A stretch of DNA of 64,000 bases from Cetorhinus maximus (Eukaryota), in contig NC_135901.1 of the NCBI RefSeq assembly GCF_964194155.1, forward strand, positions 24,924,001 through 24,988,000, in the 5' to 3' direction. Positions 36,839 to 49,814 of the stretch are shown one piece after another. Numbering within the stretch: the stretch's first letter is position 1; each line of letters begins with the position of its first letter. A program made the position numbers and the translations under genes. The notes beneath the pieces were generated by a model that did not search any database, was not told where the DNA came from, and worked only from the letters and a program-made list of their open reading frames with translations.

Positions 36839-39659
36839 ATAAGTTAATAAACCATATCAATGGGCTGCTGTTTAATATTCTGGATAAATGTCACATAGCA
36901 TGTCAAACTTTGTTTTTCACACATTGTTGTACAATTTTGTCTTTCGTACCTGAATGTTTAACATCACCTGGCTGGAGCTCAGAAAGGACAATCTGGGGGA
37001 GGATCATATGGCAGGAACAAAACTTCAGCCTGGACACAGTCCTTCAGGGTGACACTGAGAGGGCCAAATGACACTTTGGTCTTTTTCATATTTCTTCAAC
37101 CACAGCAAAACGCACATGTGGATTAATGCTGAGGTGTGTGAGAAATGTGTCACAGCCACTTCTGTGCAGTACATACAGCCTAAAGATGACCAAGGTCAGG
37201 CTGTGGAGTCCAAGGTCACATAGAAAAATGGATGGAAAAATACAAACTCCCTGTAAATCTAACCTTCTGATTTCTGTTTGGAATCATTGGAATCAAAACT
37301 CCCAGGCACCGAGTAGCAGGCTCCTTTACAACTGTGGTTGTTAAATCAGAGATTGGTGTAAAACTGTGTTCCTGACTGAAACTGAAATGGCAGGAATAAG
37401 TCTCCAGTTTAAAAATGACTGTGGTGATTATTCTGTGAAGTTTTTAAGATTTATTGGTGACAGTCCTGAGTCCACTACTTTAAGCCAATGTCAACAACAA
37501 CTTGTATTGACATAGCACCTTTAACATAGTAAAACGTAGCTAAAAATAAATAGTGTAAAGTCTGTCTTAAAATAACACAAGGAGGAATTCACAGGATCCT
37601 TTTAACTCCTGGGACAATTATACAAGACATTTGATCTCCAGATAAAGAAGGACCTACACCATGTTTCCAAGAATTCCCTGCGAAATTGGTGTGTGTGTGT
37701 TCGATCCCAGGATTTTGTTGCAGTCTTCCTCAGTATTAACTATACTTCCCAATTTGGTAATCAATTAATTCATAAATAAATCAGTTCATCACTTCCTCAT
37801 GTCATTGTTCACTCTGCTACTGAATTAAAGATTTAATGAACTGTACAACAAAGTTTTGTTAACTGGGAATTCTTATCTGTGATTTACTGTAATTCTGCAC
37901 CCAAATGTTAAAATTGGGTTTCTGATTTCTGAGTCCAAATCATTTGTATAAATTTGAATAACAGTGGTTCCAGCATTGCTCCCTGTGGAACATCAATTCC
38001 CACCTTTTACCAGTCTGAGTCGCTACTCTTAACCTCTTCTCTCTGTTTTCTGTTTTGTAACCCGCTTGTTATCCATAACAGTGTGTACAAGGTGACCAAG
38101 ACCAGGCTGTGTGGAGTGAAAGGCCAGGCAGCAGATGGATGGAAAGTTGGCTACAAAACCGAAATCAGAGGGTTAGATTTACAGGGAGTTTGGAGCCATC
38201 TTTTCATCCATTCTGCTCTGTGGCCTGACCTTCACCGAGACCATCAATATAAGGGGAATTATCCGTAATACCAATAGGAAAGTAGAGGCTGCAAATATGC
38301 AAAGATGTTCTGCATTGTCTAAAATCTCCCACCAGGGCTGATCACCAGAGTGGCCATAGACCACCTAATATCTATTGGTGGCTTAGCTTTTTGTCATTGT
38401 GTCTGTTCAAGATGTTGTCCATTATAGATTAAGGTTCAGAGAAAGTGCTGGAATTAGATAGTCAAAACTGCTTTGAGTCCCTGGAGGGTGATGTTTACTT
38501 GATTTTCTATAACTTTTTGGTCCTTGCAGACACTGATAATTTATCGCCAGTCTAAGACATAACCTGGTCCACCTGATCGATAGGAAGTGTATCCATGTGG
38601 GTCTGTGTGTATGTGTGTGTGTTGTGTCAAACCAAGTGGAAGGTCCCATGTCCTTTGTAACAACAGGAAGAGTCTGTTTTTTTACAAGATCCCTCCTTTC
38701 CCCTCACTATTATCCTCAGTTCAGAAAACACTTGTGTACATCATCCTCCAGCATGCTACTGTCTCCACTAAATACTTCCATCGGTCTTACCAACAGATAG
38801 GAATGGGATCACTGATATGACAGGAATAATTTCTGAAATGCTGTCATTCTGATTTTAAAGCTTCCTGGAGTAAGACATTGATCCAGATCTTCCCACTTAA
38901 CACCAATCCATATTCCCATCTGAGTTCCAGATTTCAATGTGATTGTCCCATATGTTTAGCATCTGTCCATCTGTGAGAGATGATGGGAATGCAGCCTCAG
39001 AACTTTGGTGAGATCAGTTGAGATGATCTGCTGCACTTCATCAGATGGCTGAACAAGCCGATTCTGTAAAGGCAAAAGTGCCTCGTATGAAGGTTTTCCT
39101 TACTCGTGTTCTGGGAAGATCTCTGCTGACACCTTGTTTGTCTGTGTTGGAGTTTCTGAAACAACATGTCGCTGTGGTGGTGGACTCCTGCCCACAGCTG
39201 GTGTTTCCAATTGCATCAATCATCAGTTCACTTCCCACTTGTCATGATTAATATTGAGGGCTTTCATGTCTCATCTTTGAAGCTTTGTGATTGTGCGATA
39301 TGGAAAACATGTTTAACCTCTTTAAACCTGGTTCAGCACATCCCCTCCACACACGTTACAACAAATTGTCTTTGAGATCAGTTTTTCCTTTACATTCTGT
39401 GTTGTTCTGAATATTAACCTTATCCTGACCTGTCCTAACTCTCCTGCCGGTTCATTTATTGAAACCAAGGACTCCCCTTGTTCTAATGGTGAATTCCCTG
39501 TCTGCCCAGTTATTCCTTTAAGTTTGTGCCTTGTTTCACCATGTTCCCACATTTCAGAAACAAATGTTGAAATATTTGCTCCACACCCACAGGGTTTCAT
39601 CTGTTTAAAGCCACAACAGAAGGGTCCAGTTTTCTCTTGGAGTTTGAGGCAAATCAGCT

Positions 39660-40170
39660 TCCAAAATGATGCAGAGTTTCAGCCAATGAGGGAGATCCTG
39701 GTTAAGCCCGCCCCTCATTCACTCCAATTGGCTGGAGGGCCAGCCGCTTCCCTTTGGTCCTGCAGTCCTGCCACCTCTTCCTATTGATCCAGAGCTGCCG
39801 TCAATCACCCAGGCATTGTGATGGGGGCATGCGCAGTGTGTCTGCTGGAGCTGGACATCAGTGCGCAGGTGCAACCCCGCCTCGAGTTTGGAGCATGCGC
39901 AGTGTGAGTGAGGGCGAAGGAAAGCTGCTTGTTTGTCAGGTCCGGAGCCGGTAAGATAATGGGCGGAATTGAGGGAGAGATGCAGCCGGTGGGTGGACGG
40001 GCAGGTTTCGTAAACACCTTGAGCCGTTCTGAAGCCAGAATAACCAGCTACCGGTTCCTCGCTGGTATCTGTGGGCGGCAGTTGCCCCGATCCACGTTCC
40101 TCGGTGAGAGACCCGGATTAACGGCCGCCATCTTGTTCAGCAGGGCGCATGCGCGGTCATCCGTGTCCCT
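39660..40170 (+). promoter_or_regulatory. CpG-rich promoter / first-exon region
   Basis: CCAAT/GC module, gcatgcgca twice, GGATTAACGGCCGCCATCTT, gcgcatgcgc; followed by family acceptor motifs near 40245 and 40354. Confidence 0.75.
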
Positions 40171-40498
40171 GTCAGCAGGAGGAGAGAATATTGAGCATTT
40201 CTATCCTGGACTGACAGGGATGGGTTTTGGAAACTATCTTTACAGTGGGTTAGAAGGGGAGGATTTACACACAGCAAACTCAAATCAAGAGAAATGTTTG
40301 CCCCTTCTCAGTTTCCATCCTGGATTTATAGTGATGATTATTGTAAATTTACAGGACACTGGAAGTGGAGGATTGACAGACGGGAAACTCAAATCAAACA
40401 TCTGACAGAGTCATTCAATTCATCAGAACCTGAATATCACCAAAGTTTGAATGTAGAAGTGAAACAGCTTGTCTGTAGACAAAGATTTCAGGTAAGCA

Positions 40499-42703
40499 TG
40501 AGAATAATGAACTCCAGTGGGGTAAGAATGGATCTGACCCAGTTAAGTTGGAAACAAAGGTTGGCAGGTGAAACTGGAACTGAAAAATTGGCTGCTTTGA
40601 AATAAGAAATAGTTTGGACACACGAGGCAAAAGATCGGGGAAAGAAATCCAGAGGTCTCACAATGACAAAAACAACAGAGATTAAGATGAAGAAGAAAAA
40701 GGTGTACTTTATTGCAGATGTCAGGTGTAAAGTAGAACCAAGCTGAATAAAAAAAGGTTCAGAGCTGAATTGGAAAAGCAATTAAGAGAAGCAAAGAGAG
40801 AGTATGAAAAGAGATTGATGGCTAACATAGAAAGAAATTAAAATGTGTTCTATAGACATATAAAGGATGATGAAGGGATGGGTGGGGCTGATTTGGAACC
40901 ACAAAGGGGATTCACACATGGAGGCAGGGGGCAAGGCTGATGTATTAAATTAATACTTAGCACCTGTATTTACTAAAGAAAAAGCCATTGCACAGGTCAT
41001 GGTGAAAGAGGAGGTAGCTGAGACCCCTGAAGGGTTTAAAATTGATGAGGTATTGGACAGGCTGTCTATACTTAAAATGGACAATGTACCAGGATGATTT
41101 GCATCCTTGGATATTGAGGGAAGTGAGAGTGGGAATTGAAGAAGCACTGGCCAGAACTTTTCAATCTTCCTTATACTCGGGTGATGTCAGAGGACTGGGT
41201 AATTCCAAAGGTTCCACTCTTGTTCAGAAAGGGTCTAAAGATAAGCTCAGCAACTACAGGTCTATCAGTTTAACTTCTGTGGTGTGGAAGCTTCTAGAAA
41301 CGATAATTCAGGACAAAATTAATAATGGCAAATCATGTTTATCTAAAATAAAAATAGGAAGTTCTGTAAAAACTCTGCAAGTCAGGCAGCATCTGTAGAG
41401 AGAGAAAAACAGAGTTAATGTTTCGAGTCCGATATGACTCTTCCTCAGAACCGGCTTATCTAACTTGCTTGAGTTTTTTGATGAGGCATCAGAGAGGGAT
41501 GATGAGGGTAATTCTGTTTATGTGGTGTAGATGGACTTCCAAAAGGCATTTGATAAAGTGCTGCACAACAGACTTGTGAGAAAAGTTATAGCTCATGTGA
41601 TCAAAGGGACAGTAACAACATGGATACGGAACTGGCGGAGCGCCTGGAAACAAAGAGTAGTGGTGCAGTGGTTAATGGTTGTTTTTTGGACTGGACGAAG
41701 ATTTATAGTGGAGTTCCCAAGGGATCAGAATTAGGAGCTCTGCTACTCCTGAAAAAATATTAATGATCTACACCTTGGTATACAGGGCTCAGTTTCAAAA
41801 TTCACAAATATGACAAAACTTGGAAGCATTGTGAACTGTGAAGACGATAGTGTGGAACTTCAAAAGGACGTAAACAGGGTGGACAAGTGGCAGATGAAAT
41901 GTAATGCAGAGAAGTGTGACGTGATTCATTTTGGTCAGAAGAACGCTGGGAGACAATAGAAAAAGAATACAAGTCTAAAGTGGGTATAGGAGCAGAGAGA
42001 CCTGGATGTATATGTGTATATGTTGAAGGTGGCAAGGCAGGTTGAGAAGGCAGTTCATAAAGCACACAGTATCCTGGGGTTTATTAATGGGGACATTGAG
42101 TACAAGAGCAAAGTTGTTATGTTGAACTTGGATACAAGACTGGTTCGGCCTCAACTGGGGTATTGTGTCTATTTCTGGGCACCACACTTTGGGAAGGATG
42201 TGAAGGCATTAGAGAGAGTGCACAAAAGATTCATGAGAATGAAGTCCCTCATCCGTGAGACCAGTTACAAATATAAATTAGAGAAGTCCGGACTGTTCTC
42301 CTTGGAGAAGAGAAGTTTGAGAGGAGATTTGATAGAGGTGTTCAAAGTCATGAGGGGCCTGGACAGAGTGAACAGGGAAAAGCTGCTCAAATTGGTGGGA
42401 GGATGAAGATTCAGAGGACACAGATTGAAGGGAATTGGGGAAAGAAGCAATGGTCATATGAGAAAAACTTTATCACACAGCCAGTGTTTAGACTCTGGAA
42501 TGCACTGCCTGAGAGTGCGGCGGAGGCAGATTCCATTGAGGCATTCAAGAGGAAATGATGATATTGTTTAAAAAGGAAGAATGTGTGGGGCTACAGAGAG
42601 AAGGCAGGGGAGTGGCACCAGATGGATATCTCCTTTAGGGAGCCAGAATAGATGCAAGGGGCTGAATGGCCTCCTTCTGTGCTGCAACTATTCGGTGATC
42701 CTG
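40499..42703 (+). mobile_element. Decayed CR1 LINE
   Basis: NYRSISLTS, DFQKAFDKV, LVRPQLGYC, RGDLIEVFK. Candidate TSD AAGCA (40494-40498 and 42704-42708). Confidence 0.85.
41347..41455 (-). mobile_element. Short PLE end nested in CR1
   Basis: TSD TTATCTAA (41339-41346 and 41456-41463). Minus strand has CUGAGGA-A-GAGUC..GACUC-GAAACAUU. Confidence 0.8.
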
Positions 42704-43329
42704 AAGCAGTGTGACTGGAAAAGCACCGAGACACACAAACCCTGGTTAGAGCACACCTGGAGAACTGTGTTCAGTTCTGGGCAGCAAACCTTAGGAAGGA
42801 TAGAATGGCCTTGGAGGGAGTGTAGCACAGATTTACCTGAATAATATCCGAACCCGAAGGGTTAAATTACAAGGCAGGGTTGCACACAAGAGTCCCGCTT
42901 CCCTGCTCTATCCCTGTATTCTAGCAGATTTAGTTCCCTCAAGTGTTTATCCAATTTCCTTTTGAGATCATTCACCATGTCCATTGCCAACCCCACCCCC
43001 CACCCCCCACCCCCCCTCATAGGCAGCAAGTTCCAGCTCATTATCACTCATTCTCAGAGGGCCAATTGGCTGTGGAATTCTCTTCCCCTGAGACCAGGGG
43101 GGCTGGGTCATTGAATATATTCAAGGCTGAGTTATATAGATTCTTGATTGACAAAGGAGTCGCAGGTTATAGGGGGTAAATAGGAAAATAGAGTTGAGGC
43201 CACGATCAGATCAGCCGTGATCTTATCAAATGGTGGGGCAGGATTGAGGGGCCGAATGGCCTACTGTTGCTCCTAATTCCAATGTTTGTATGTATGGAAA
43301 CTCAGTACAGTCATGCCAGGGAGAGGGTG

Positions 43330-43640
43330 TTCAGCAATTGAAATCAGTGAGGACTCTGATCTCTGGGAAGGAAGGAAACCCTGGGAGGTGGGCGTGGAGG
43401 ATTCAGAAACACTCACTGGAGACCCCAAGCCCCCAATAAGAGCCTGCAGGTCCTGCTTTGCAGCTCTGGGGCTTCTTCCCAGGAGCAGGCCCAGGTTAAC
43501 AGCCGTCATCTTGGTTCATCTGGGAGCAGACGCATGTATGGCCACCTTGATGATGCAACAGAGAGTGGATGGGGTTTGAGGGTGTCTGTGACCAGGAGGG
43601 AAAATGATTAATTCATTGATTTTATTGTCAGTCTGCAGAC
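43330..43640 (+). promoter_or_regulatory. CpG-depleted copy of the family promoter / first exon
   Basis: Homologous to 27400-27600 (-) and 63020-63170, but the motifs read ggttaacagccgtcatctt and gacgcatgtatgg. Confidence 0.55.
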
Positions 43641-44243
43641 AGGAGCTGGAGAACTGAACCCACGCAGAGGAGAGGGAGGGAGAAAACTGGGAGTGGAGGA
43701 AAGAAATGGTGGAGATGGTGAGATGGGTTTGGATTTCAGCCCAGGGAGGAGGGAGTGTGTAGGACGGGGATTTACAGCTTTGGGGGAACAAGAGAGAAAA
43801 CAATATTCCATTAAAACTAGAATTGTCTGCTCTGAATTTCTATCCCAGACTGACATTGATGACTTTTATAAACTCGTTTTCCAGGGTATTAGAAGGGAAG
43901 GATTTGCAAATATGAAACTCAAACCAAACATCTTCTGACAGAGTCACTCGATTCACCAGGACCTGAATTCCCTCAGACTTTGAATGTGGAAGGAGAAATG
44001 TTTGTCTGTTCTGTCAGTGGGGAAAGATTTTGAACTTCAGTGTCACTGGAAAAACTCCGAGACACACACTCACACCCGAGTGAGAGTGTTCAGTGAACTG
44101 ACTGTGAAAAGAGCTTTAACCAGTTAAACAGCCTGAAAAAGCATCACATCGTTCACAGTGAGGAGAAACTGTACACATGTTCTGTGCCTGGACAAGGTTT
44201 CAACTGATCATTCAACCTGGAGAGACACAAGGACACCCACACT

Positions 44244-45146
44244 ATGGAGAAACCATGGAAATGTGAGGACTGTGGGAAAGGATTCAGTTACCCATCCCTG
44301 CTGGAAAACCATCGACGCAGTCACACAGGGGAAAGGCCATTCACCTGCTCTGTGTGTGGGGAGGGATTTACTCAGTCATCTGGCCTTTGGTCACACCAAC
44401 GAATTCACACTGAGGAGAAGCTATTCAGCTGCACTTCCTGTGGAAAGAGGTTCAGGCACTCTTCAGCACTCACTGTACATCAACGCACTCACACTGGGGA
44501 GAGGCCATTCACCTGCTCCGAGTGTGGGAAGGGATTCACTCAGTCATTCCATCTTCTGACACACCAGCGAGTTCACACTGGAGAGAGGCTGTTCACTTGC
44601 TCTGTGTGTGGAAAAGGATTCACTGGGTCATCCCACCTGCTGTCACACCAGCGAATTCACATTGAAGAGAAGCCATTCAGTTGCACTTCCTGTGGAAAGA
44701 GTTTCAGACAGGCATCCTCCCTCATTTTACACCAGCGAATTCACACTGGGGAGAGACCATTCATCTGCTCCGAGTGTGGGAAGGGATTCACAGTTTTACC
44801 CAACCTGCTGAGACACCAGCGAATTCACACTGGGGAGAAGCCATTCAGCTGCACTTCCTGTGGGAAGAGTTTCAGGCAGTCATCCAACCTCACTGCTCAC
44901 CAACGCACTCACACTGCAGAGAAACCGTTCACATGCTCCGTATGTGGGAAAGGATTCAGTCGGTCATCCAACCTCACCGCACACCAGCGAGTTCACACTG
45001 GGGAGAGGCCGTTCACTTGCTCGCTGTGTGGGAAGGGATTTGCAAAGTCTTTCAACCTGCTGACCCACCAACGCACTCACACTGAGAAGAGGTTATTCAA
45101 CTCTCGGTGTGTGGGAAGGGATTCACTCAGTCACAATGCCTCCTGA
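44244..45146 (+). CDS. ZF6: C2H2 zinc-finger protein, 10 intact fingers, 11th frameshifted
   Basis: actATGG start ([10 protein letters not shown]) and ten full fingers. The tail [10 protein letters not shown] is an out-of-frame finger. Confidence 0.85.
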   Translation: MEKPWKCEDCGKGFSYPSLLENHRRSHTGERPFTCSVCGEGFTQSSGLWSHQRIHTEEKLFSCTSCGKRFRHSSALTVHQRTHTGERPFTCSECGKGFTQSFHLLTHQRVHTGERLFTCSVCGKGFTGSSHLLSHQRIHIEEKPFSCTSCGKSFRQASSLILHQRIHTGERPFICSECGKGFTVLPNLLRHQRIHTGEKPFSCTSCGKSFRQSSNLTAHQRTHTAEKPFTCSVCGKGFSRSSNLTAHQRVHTGERPFTCSLCGKGFAKSFNLLTHQRTHTEKRLFNSRCVGRDSLSHNAS

Positions 45147-45879
45147 GACATCAGCAAGTTCATAAGCGACTGCAGGGGTTGGATCCTGCCGTTCTTGCTG
45201 CTTGTAAGCTGGTTTAGTATTGATAGTCTGGCAATATTTTGTTTCTGCTGATGTTAACAACCCTATAACTGGCTGGAGTTTAATATTCTGGAGATGTCAA
45301 TGATTTTCAGGACTGCAGTGTCCCTTTTTAAAAGCACCATCTGTGATCCTTCCCTTTAATTTCAAAAACTTTCAGTAGGGACCCCTTGACAATAAAATTA
45401 TGAACTTTTACTACAATCGTAAATTGATATTTGGTGAAAAATCTCCAATTCAGTGTCTGAAAGATTTAACTGCAGGGATCTAAATTTTTTTTTTCAATGC
45501 CAATGGGAAGAGGATACCCAGGGAAAGAGTAGGGCCCATTAGGGACCAATGGGCCTTGACATCTTGACCAACATTCAAGGCTATGGGCCAAGTGCTGGTA
45601 AATAGGATTAGGTAGGTAGGTAGGTCAGGTGTTTCTCACGTGTTGGTGCAGATTCGATGGGCTGAAGGGCCTCTTCTGCACTGTGAGATTCTGAGAAGAT
45701 TTCAGGTGTGACTGGAAAAATGCTGAGACACACAAACCCTGGTTAGAGCACACCTGAAGAACAGTGTTCAGTTCTGGGCAACAAACATCAGGAAGGATAG
45801 AATGGCCTTGGAGGCAGTGTAGCATATATTTACCTGAGTGATCTGAGTCCAAGGGTTAAATTATAGAATGAGATTACAC

Positions 45880-46610
45880 AAAAGAGTCACAGAGTCATTA
45901 TGGCACAGAGGAATCCATTAGGCTCATTAAGTCCACGCCAGCTATGTAGAGCAATCCAATCAGTCCCATTCCCCTGCTCTATCCCTGTATCCTTGCAAGT
46001 TTATTTCCTTCATGCTTCTGTCCACTTTCCTTTTGAAATTACTCACCATGTCCATTTCCACCCCTCTCATAGGCAGTAACCTCCAGGTCCTTACCACTCA
46101 CTGTGTAAAAATATTCTTCCTCACATCTCCCGCACTTTTTACCCAAAATCTTAAACCTCTGTCCTTGAGTCCTTGTACGATCAGCTGATGGGAATAGCTT
46201 TTCTTTGTCCACCATATCTAAACCTGTCATAATCTCGTACACCTCTACCAATCTCCCCTCAACCTCCTTTGCAGGAAGCATTCTGGTAAATCTCCTCTGC
46301 ACCTTCTCAATGACCTTCACATCCTCCCTAAAGTGAGGTGACCAGAACTGGATGCAGTTCTCAAATTGTGGCCTAACCAGAGCTTCATAAAGAATTCAAC
46401 ATAACTTCCCTGTTTTTGTTCTCAATATCACTATTTATGAAGCTCAAGATCCAATCGGCTTTGCTAACCACTCTCTTAATACATCCTGTCACCTTCAGAG
46501 ATCAAAGCCATGAAGCCTCAGGTCCCTCTGTCCCTGCACACTCTTTAGAGCTGTGCCATGAATAATATTTTCCCTCTCCCTATTCCTCCTGATAAAATAC
46601 ATCACCTCAC
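45880..46610 (-). mobile_element. Decayed CR1 3' fragment
   Basis: IEKVQRRFTRMLP, LVEVYEIMTGLD in ORF 46039-46320. Confidence 0.75.
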
Positions 46611-47557
46611 TGTGAGGGTTGTAATCCCTGGAATTTATAAGATTAAGAGCTGATTTGATCAAAGATTTTGGGATATTAATTGAAACTGACAGGATAGAGA
46701 GGAACTATTTCCACTGGTTGGGGAATCTAGGATGAGTGGGTGGAGGCTAAACATAGAATCAGGTTCTAGCACCTTTTCAGGGAGAGAGTTCCCGATCAGA
46801 ACAACTCTGTTGGTGCACTTCCCTGTTTTTGTACTCAGTACCTCTATTTATGAAGCCCAAGACCCCATATACTTCACTGATACCCCCTCAATTAGTCCTG
46901 CCACATGAAATTGGTTCCATAAATGGTTTAATCATCACTTGTACTCACAAAGCCTACATAATGATACAAAATTTAAAATAGTTCCTGTACTATGTGCCCT
47001 GAATACCACACACCCGTCCCCACGGTTATGTCATCCCATTTACAAGGACCTTGATGTTTGGATGATAAGGGAATTATCCACGGATTTCAGAAGTCAGAAT
47101 GCATGGAGAGGGATGGGTGGACTATGACCACCCAGTAGCCATGACCCCGATGTTAAGGCAGTTTTCGGAAAACACTGAAATCGTCCCTGTGATAGTGACA
47201 CAGTAAAAAGGGTGGAGGGAAGAGAGGGATCGGTGACTGGGCTGGAATAGGGGCCACGGCTGGCACGGCCGCTGGGAAGCTCTTAGACATGGAGAATATG
47301 TGGGAACAGGAAGAGGCTGTGAGGCAGCAATGGACAGGAAGCTTCAGCAAAGGAAATAAAAGGCAGAGAGATGAAATCCTGGAACAACAAGAAGGAGTGA
47401 AATCCAGAAAAGAGATGGTGGACGGACTGATCGAGAGAAAGGGAACGGTCAATGAGATCATTCAGCAGAATAAGATTGAGGTGAAAAGTCAGAACATGTC
47501 TAAAGCTGTTTCCTGTGTGATGTAAGGAGGGTTTTTATTGGATCAGGTACCACAAGA

Positions 47558-47730
47558 CCAGGAGGACATTGAAAAACAATAGAGAGTCCAACAACAGAGA
47601 GCCCAAAGGGTCTGGAGCGGGGAGAGTTAATAAACCCAGGGAATCACAGGGCCAGTAGGACATTGAAAAATAATAGAGAGCTCAAAGGGTCTGGAGGGGG
47701 AGAGTTAATAAACTCAGGGAATCACAGGCT
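47558..47730. repeat. Two-copy direct tandem repeat (about 80-95 bp)
   Basis: aggacattgaaaaa..tagagag..caaagggtctggag..gggagagttaataaac.cagggaatcacagg occurs twice. Confidence 0.85.
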
Positions 47731-47839
47731 GCACAAACTTCAAGTGTGAGCCCAGACCCATTTTAAAACAGTGAACAAATAAATCCCTGATTTTACTGAG
47801 ACTCTTTTCCGTGTCCCAGCTCCTGTAAATACTGACTGG

Positions 47840-48135
47840 AAAGGGACCGGAATCTCAGGAGGCTCCGCTCCGCTGGCTGCTTGTGAGGAAGTGATCTCCG
47901 GCCAGATTAATGTGCTTCTGCTGTGAGTATTTAATAAAGTGTCCGGACCTCTCATTGTGCTTCCTGTCCAATATCCCCCTCATCCATGGATCTTCTGTTT
48001 TACTAATGCGGGAAAAAAAATGCCCGTTCACAGATTGGTCTTGAGGGCGGCTGGTTTACCCAGAATACCCATGGGTCAGAAAGTCCCCTGTCAATGAGAA
48101 CGGGAACCCATAGCGCCGGAATGAGGACCGGGCTG
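47840..48135 (+). promoter_or_regulatory. Promoter-like region upstream of ZF7
   Basis: Local CpGs, ggaagtg (ETS-like), and TACCCAGAATACCCATGG (48057-48074) in a block homologous to 21895-21945 (-) and 32815-32866. Confidence 0.55.
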
Positions 48136-48860
48136 TGCTCTGAGGCAGGGGCACAGCTGGGCGATGTTACTGAGGTGGAAATGGGTGGTTTTAGTGATCT
48201 GTAGTCAGAAGCTCAGTTTGGGCTGAAATATGACAACAAGATTGCGAGTATTCTGGTTCAGCCTCAGAGAGCTGGTTAGGGAGTGGAGACAATGGCTTTC
48301 ATCTTCCCAACGTTTAAATGGAGGGAATTTCTGCTCATCCAGTACTGGATGTCAGACAAGTCAGGAGGGTGCGTGGGTTGGAGGTGATGGTGTTCATTGA
48401 CACCTGTTACCTTCGTCCTTCTGGGTGGAGGAGGTTGAGGGTTTGGGAGATTCTGCCAAAGTTCTGGTCGAGCTGAAGATATATTAAACACATCTTCACC
48501 CACTGCATCTCCCAACTCTCTCTCTCCTCCCATGGAGGCCAGAATCTTGTATAGGCCCAGACTGGGTGGTAGGTTTCCTTCCCCGAAGGACATTAGTGAA
48601 CCAGTTGGGTTTTTATGACAATCCAGCAGTTTTCATGGTCACTTTTTCCTAGTGCCGGCCCCATAAATTACTAGATTCATTCAGCTCAGTTTCACAACCT
48701 GTTTTTGTGGGTTCTCCCTCACTCCCTTTTTTCTGTTTTAAATCAGTTTCACAGGGGATTAGAAGGGGAGGATTTCCAGTCAGGAAGCAGAAACAAAACA
48801 TCGCAGCAGAATCTGAAATCACCCAATTTATCGTAAACTGAATATCATTTGATTTTGAAC

Positions 48861-49814
48861 ATGGAAAGAGAAAGCACTGTTCACATCGCGGAGAAACCGT
48901 ACACGTGCTCTCTGTGTGGACGAGGCTTCAACAAATCATCTGACCTGTCAAGACACAAGCGCAGCCACACCAGGGAGAAACCGTGGAAATGTGGGGACTG
49001 TGGGAAGGGATTCAGATTCCCATCTGAGTTGGAAATGCATCGGCGCAGTCACACTGGGGAGAGGCCGTTCACCTGCTCCACGTGTGGGAAGGGATTTACT
49101 CTTTCATCCAACCTATTGAGCCACCAGCGAGTTCACACTGACGAGAGACCTTTTAAATGCCCAGACTGTGGGAAGTGCTTTAAAAGTTCCTGGGAGCTGA
49201 TGTACCATCAGTGTGTTCACACAGACAAGAGACCATTTAAATGCTCTCACTGCGGGACTGGGTTCAGGCGATCATCTCAACTCATTGTACACCAGCGAAT
49301 TCACACTGGGCAGAGGCCGTTCACCTGCTCCACTTGTGGGAAGGGATTCACTCATTCACCCCACCTGTTGAGACATCAGCGAGTTCACACGGGGGAGAGA
49401 CCGTTCATCTGCTCTGAGTGTGGGAAGGGATTCACTCGGTCATCCCACCTGCTGGCACACCAGCGAGTTCACACTGGGGAGAGGCCTTTCAACTGCCCCC
49501 AGTGTCGGAAGGGATTCACTCAGTTATCTAGCCTGCTGAGACACCAGCAAATTCACACTGGGAAGAGGCCATTTTCCTGCCCTCAGTGTGGGAAGAGATT
49601 CACTACCTCATCCAACCTGCTGACACACCAACGAATTCACACTGGAGAGAGGCCATTCACCCGCCCTCAGTGTGGCAAGAGATTCACTACCTCGTCCAAC
49701 CTGCTGACACACCAGCGAGTTCACACTGAGGAGAGACCATTCACCTGTGCCCAGTGTGGAAAGAGATTCACTCATTCACCCCACCTGCTGAGACACCAGC
49801 GAATTCACAAGTAA
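48861..49814 (+). CDS. ZF7: C2H2 zinc-finger protein, 11 fingers (10th has C>R)
   Basis: aacATGG start [16 protein letters not shown]; 317 aa uninterrupted. Acceptor ttcacag|gggattagaagg upstream; AATAAA at 49935-49940. Confidence 0.9.
   Translation: MERESTVHIAEKPYTCSLCGRGFNKSSDLSRHKRSHTREKPWKCGDCGKGFRFPSELEMHRRSHTGERPFTCSTCGKGFTLSSNLLSHQRVHTDERPFKCPDCGKCFKSSWELMYHQCVHTDKRPFKCSHCGTGFRRSSQLIVHQRIHTGQRPFTCSTCGKGFTHSPHLLRHQRVHTGERPFICSECGKGFTRSSHLLAHQRVHTGERPFNCPQCRKGFTQLSSLLRHQQIHTGKRPFSCPQCGKRFTTSSNLLTHQRIHTGERPFTRPQCGKRFTTSSNLLTHQRVHTEERPFTCAQCGKRFTHSPHLLRHQRIHK

Noticed and set aside
36900-39550. Unassigned AT-rich stretch with short ORFs
   Set aside because: Only small old CR1 traces (about 37900-38190) are recognisable; no supportable gene.
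39908-40405. Shared RPRLTAAI peptide as a conserved N-terminal coding exon (also in ORFs at 43286, 57906, 62885)
   Set aside because: Flanking residues and start points are not conserved; a DNA motif explains the match. Splicing data would be needed to exclude it fully.
44158-45085. Overlapping ORFs with repeats such as [11 protein letters not shown] and HWGEAIHLL
   Set aside because: Off-frame translations of the finger repeats.
47289-47525. 78-aa charged ORF, possibly a retroelement ORF1 remnant
   Set aside because: No diagnostic motif recognised; purine-rich composition could explain it.
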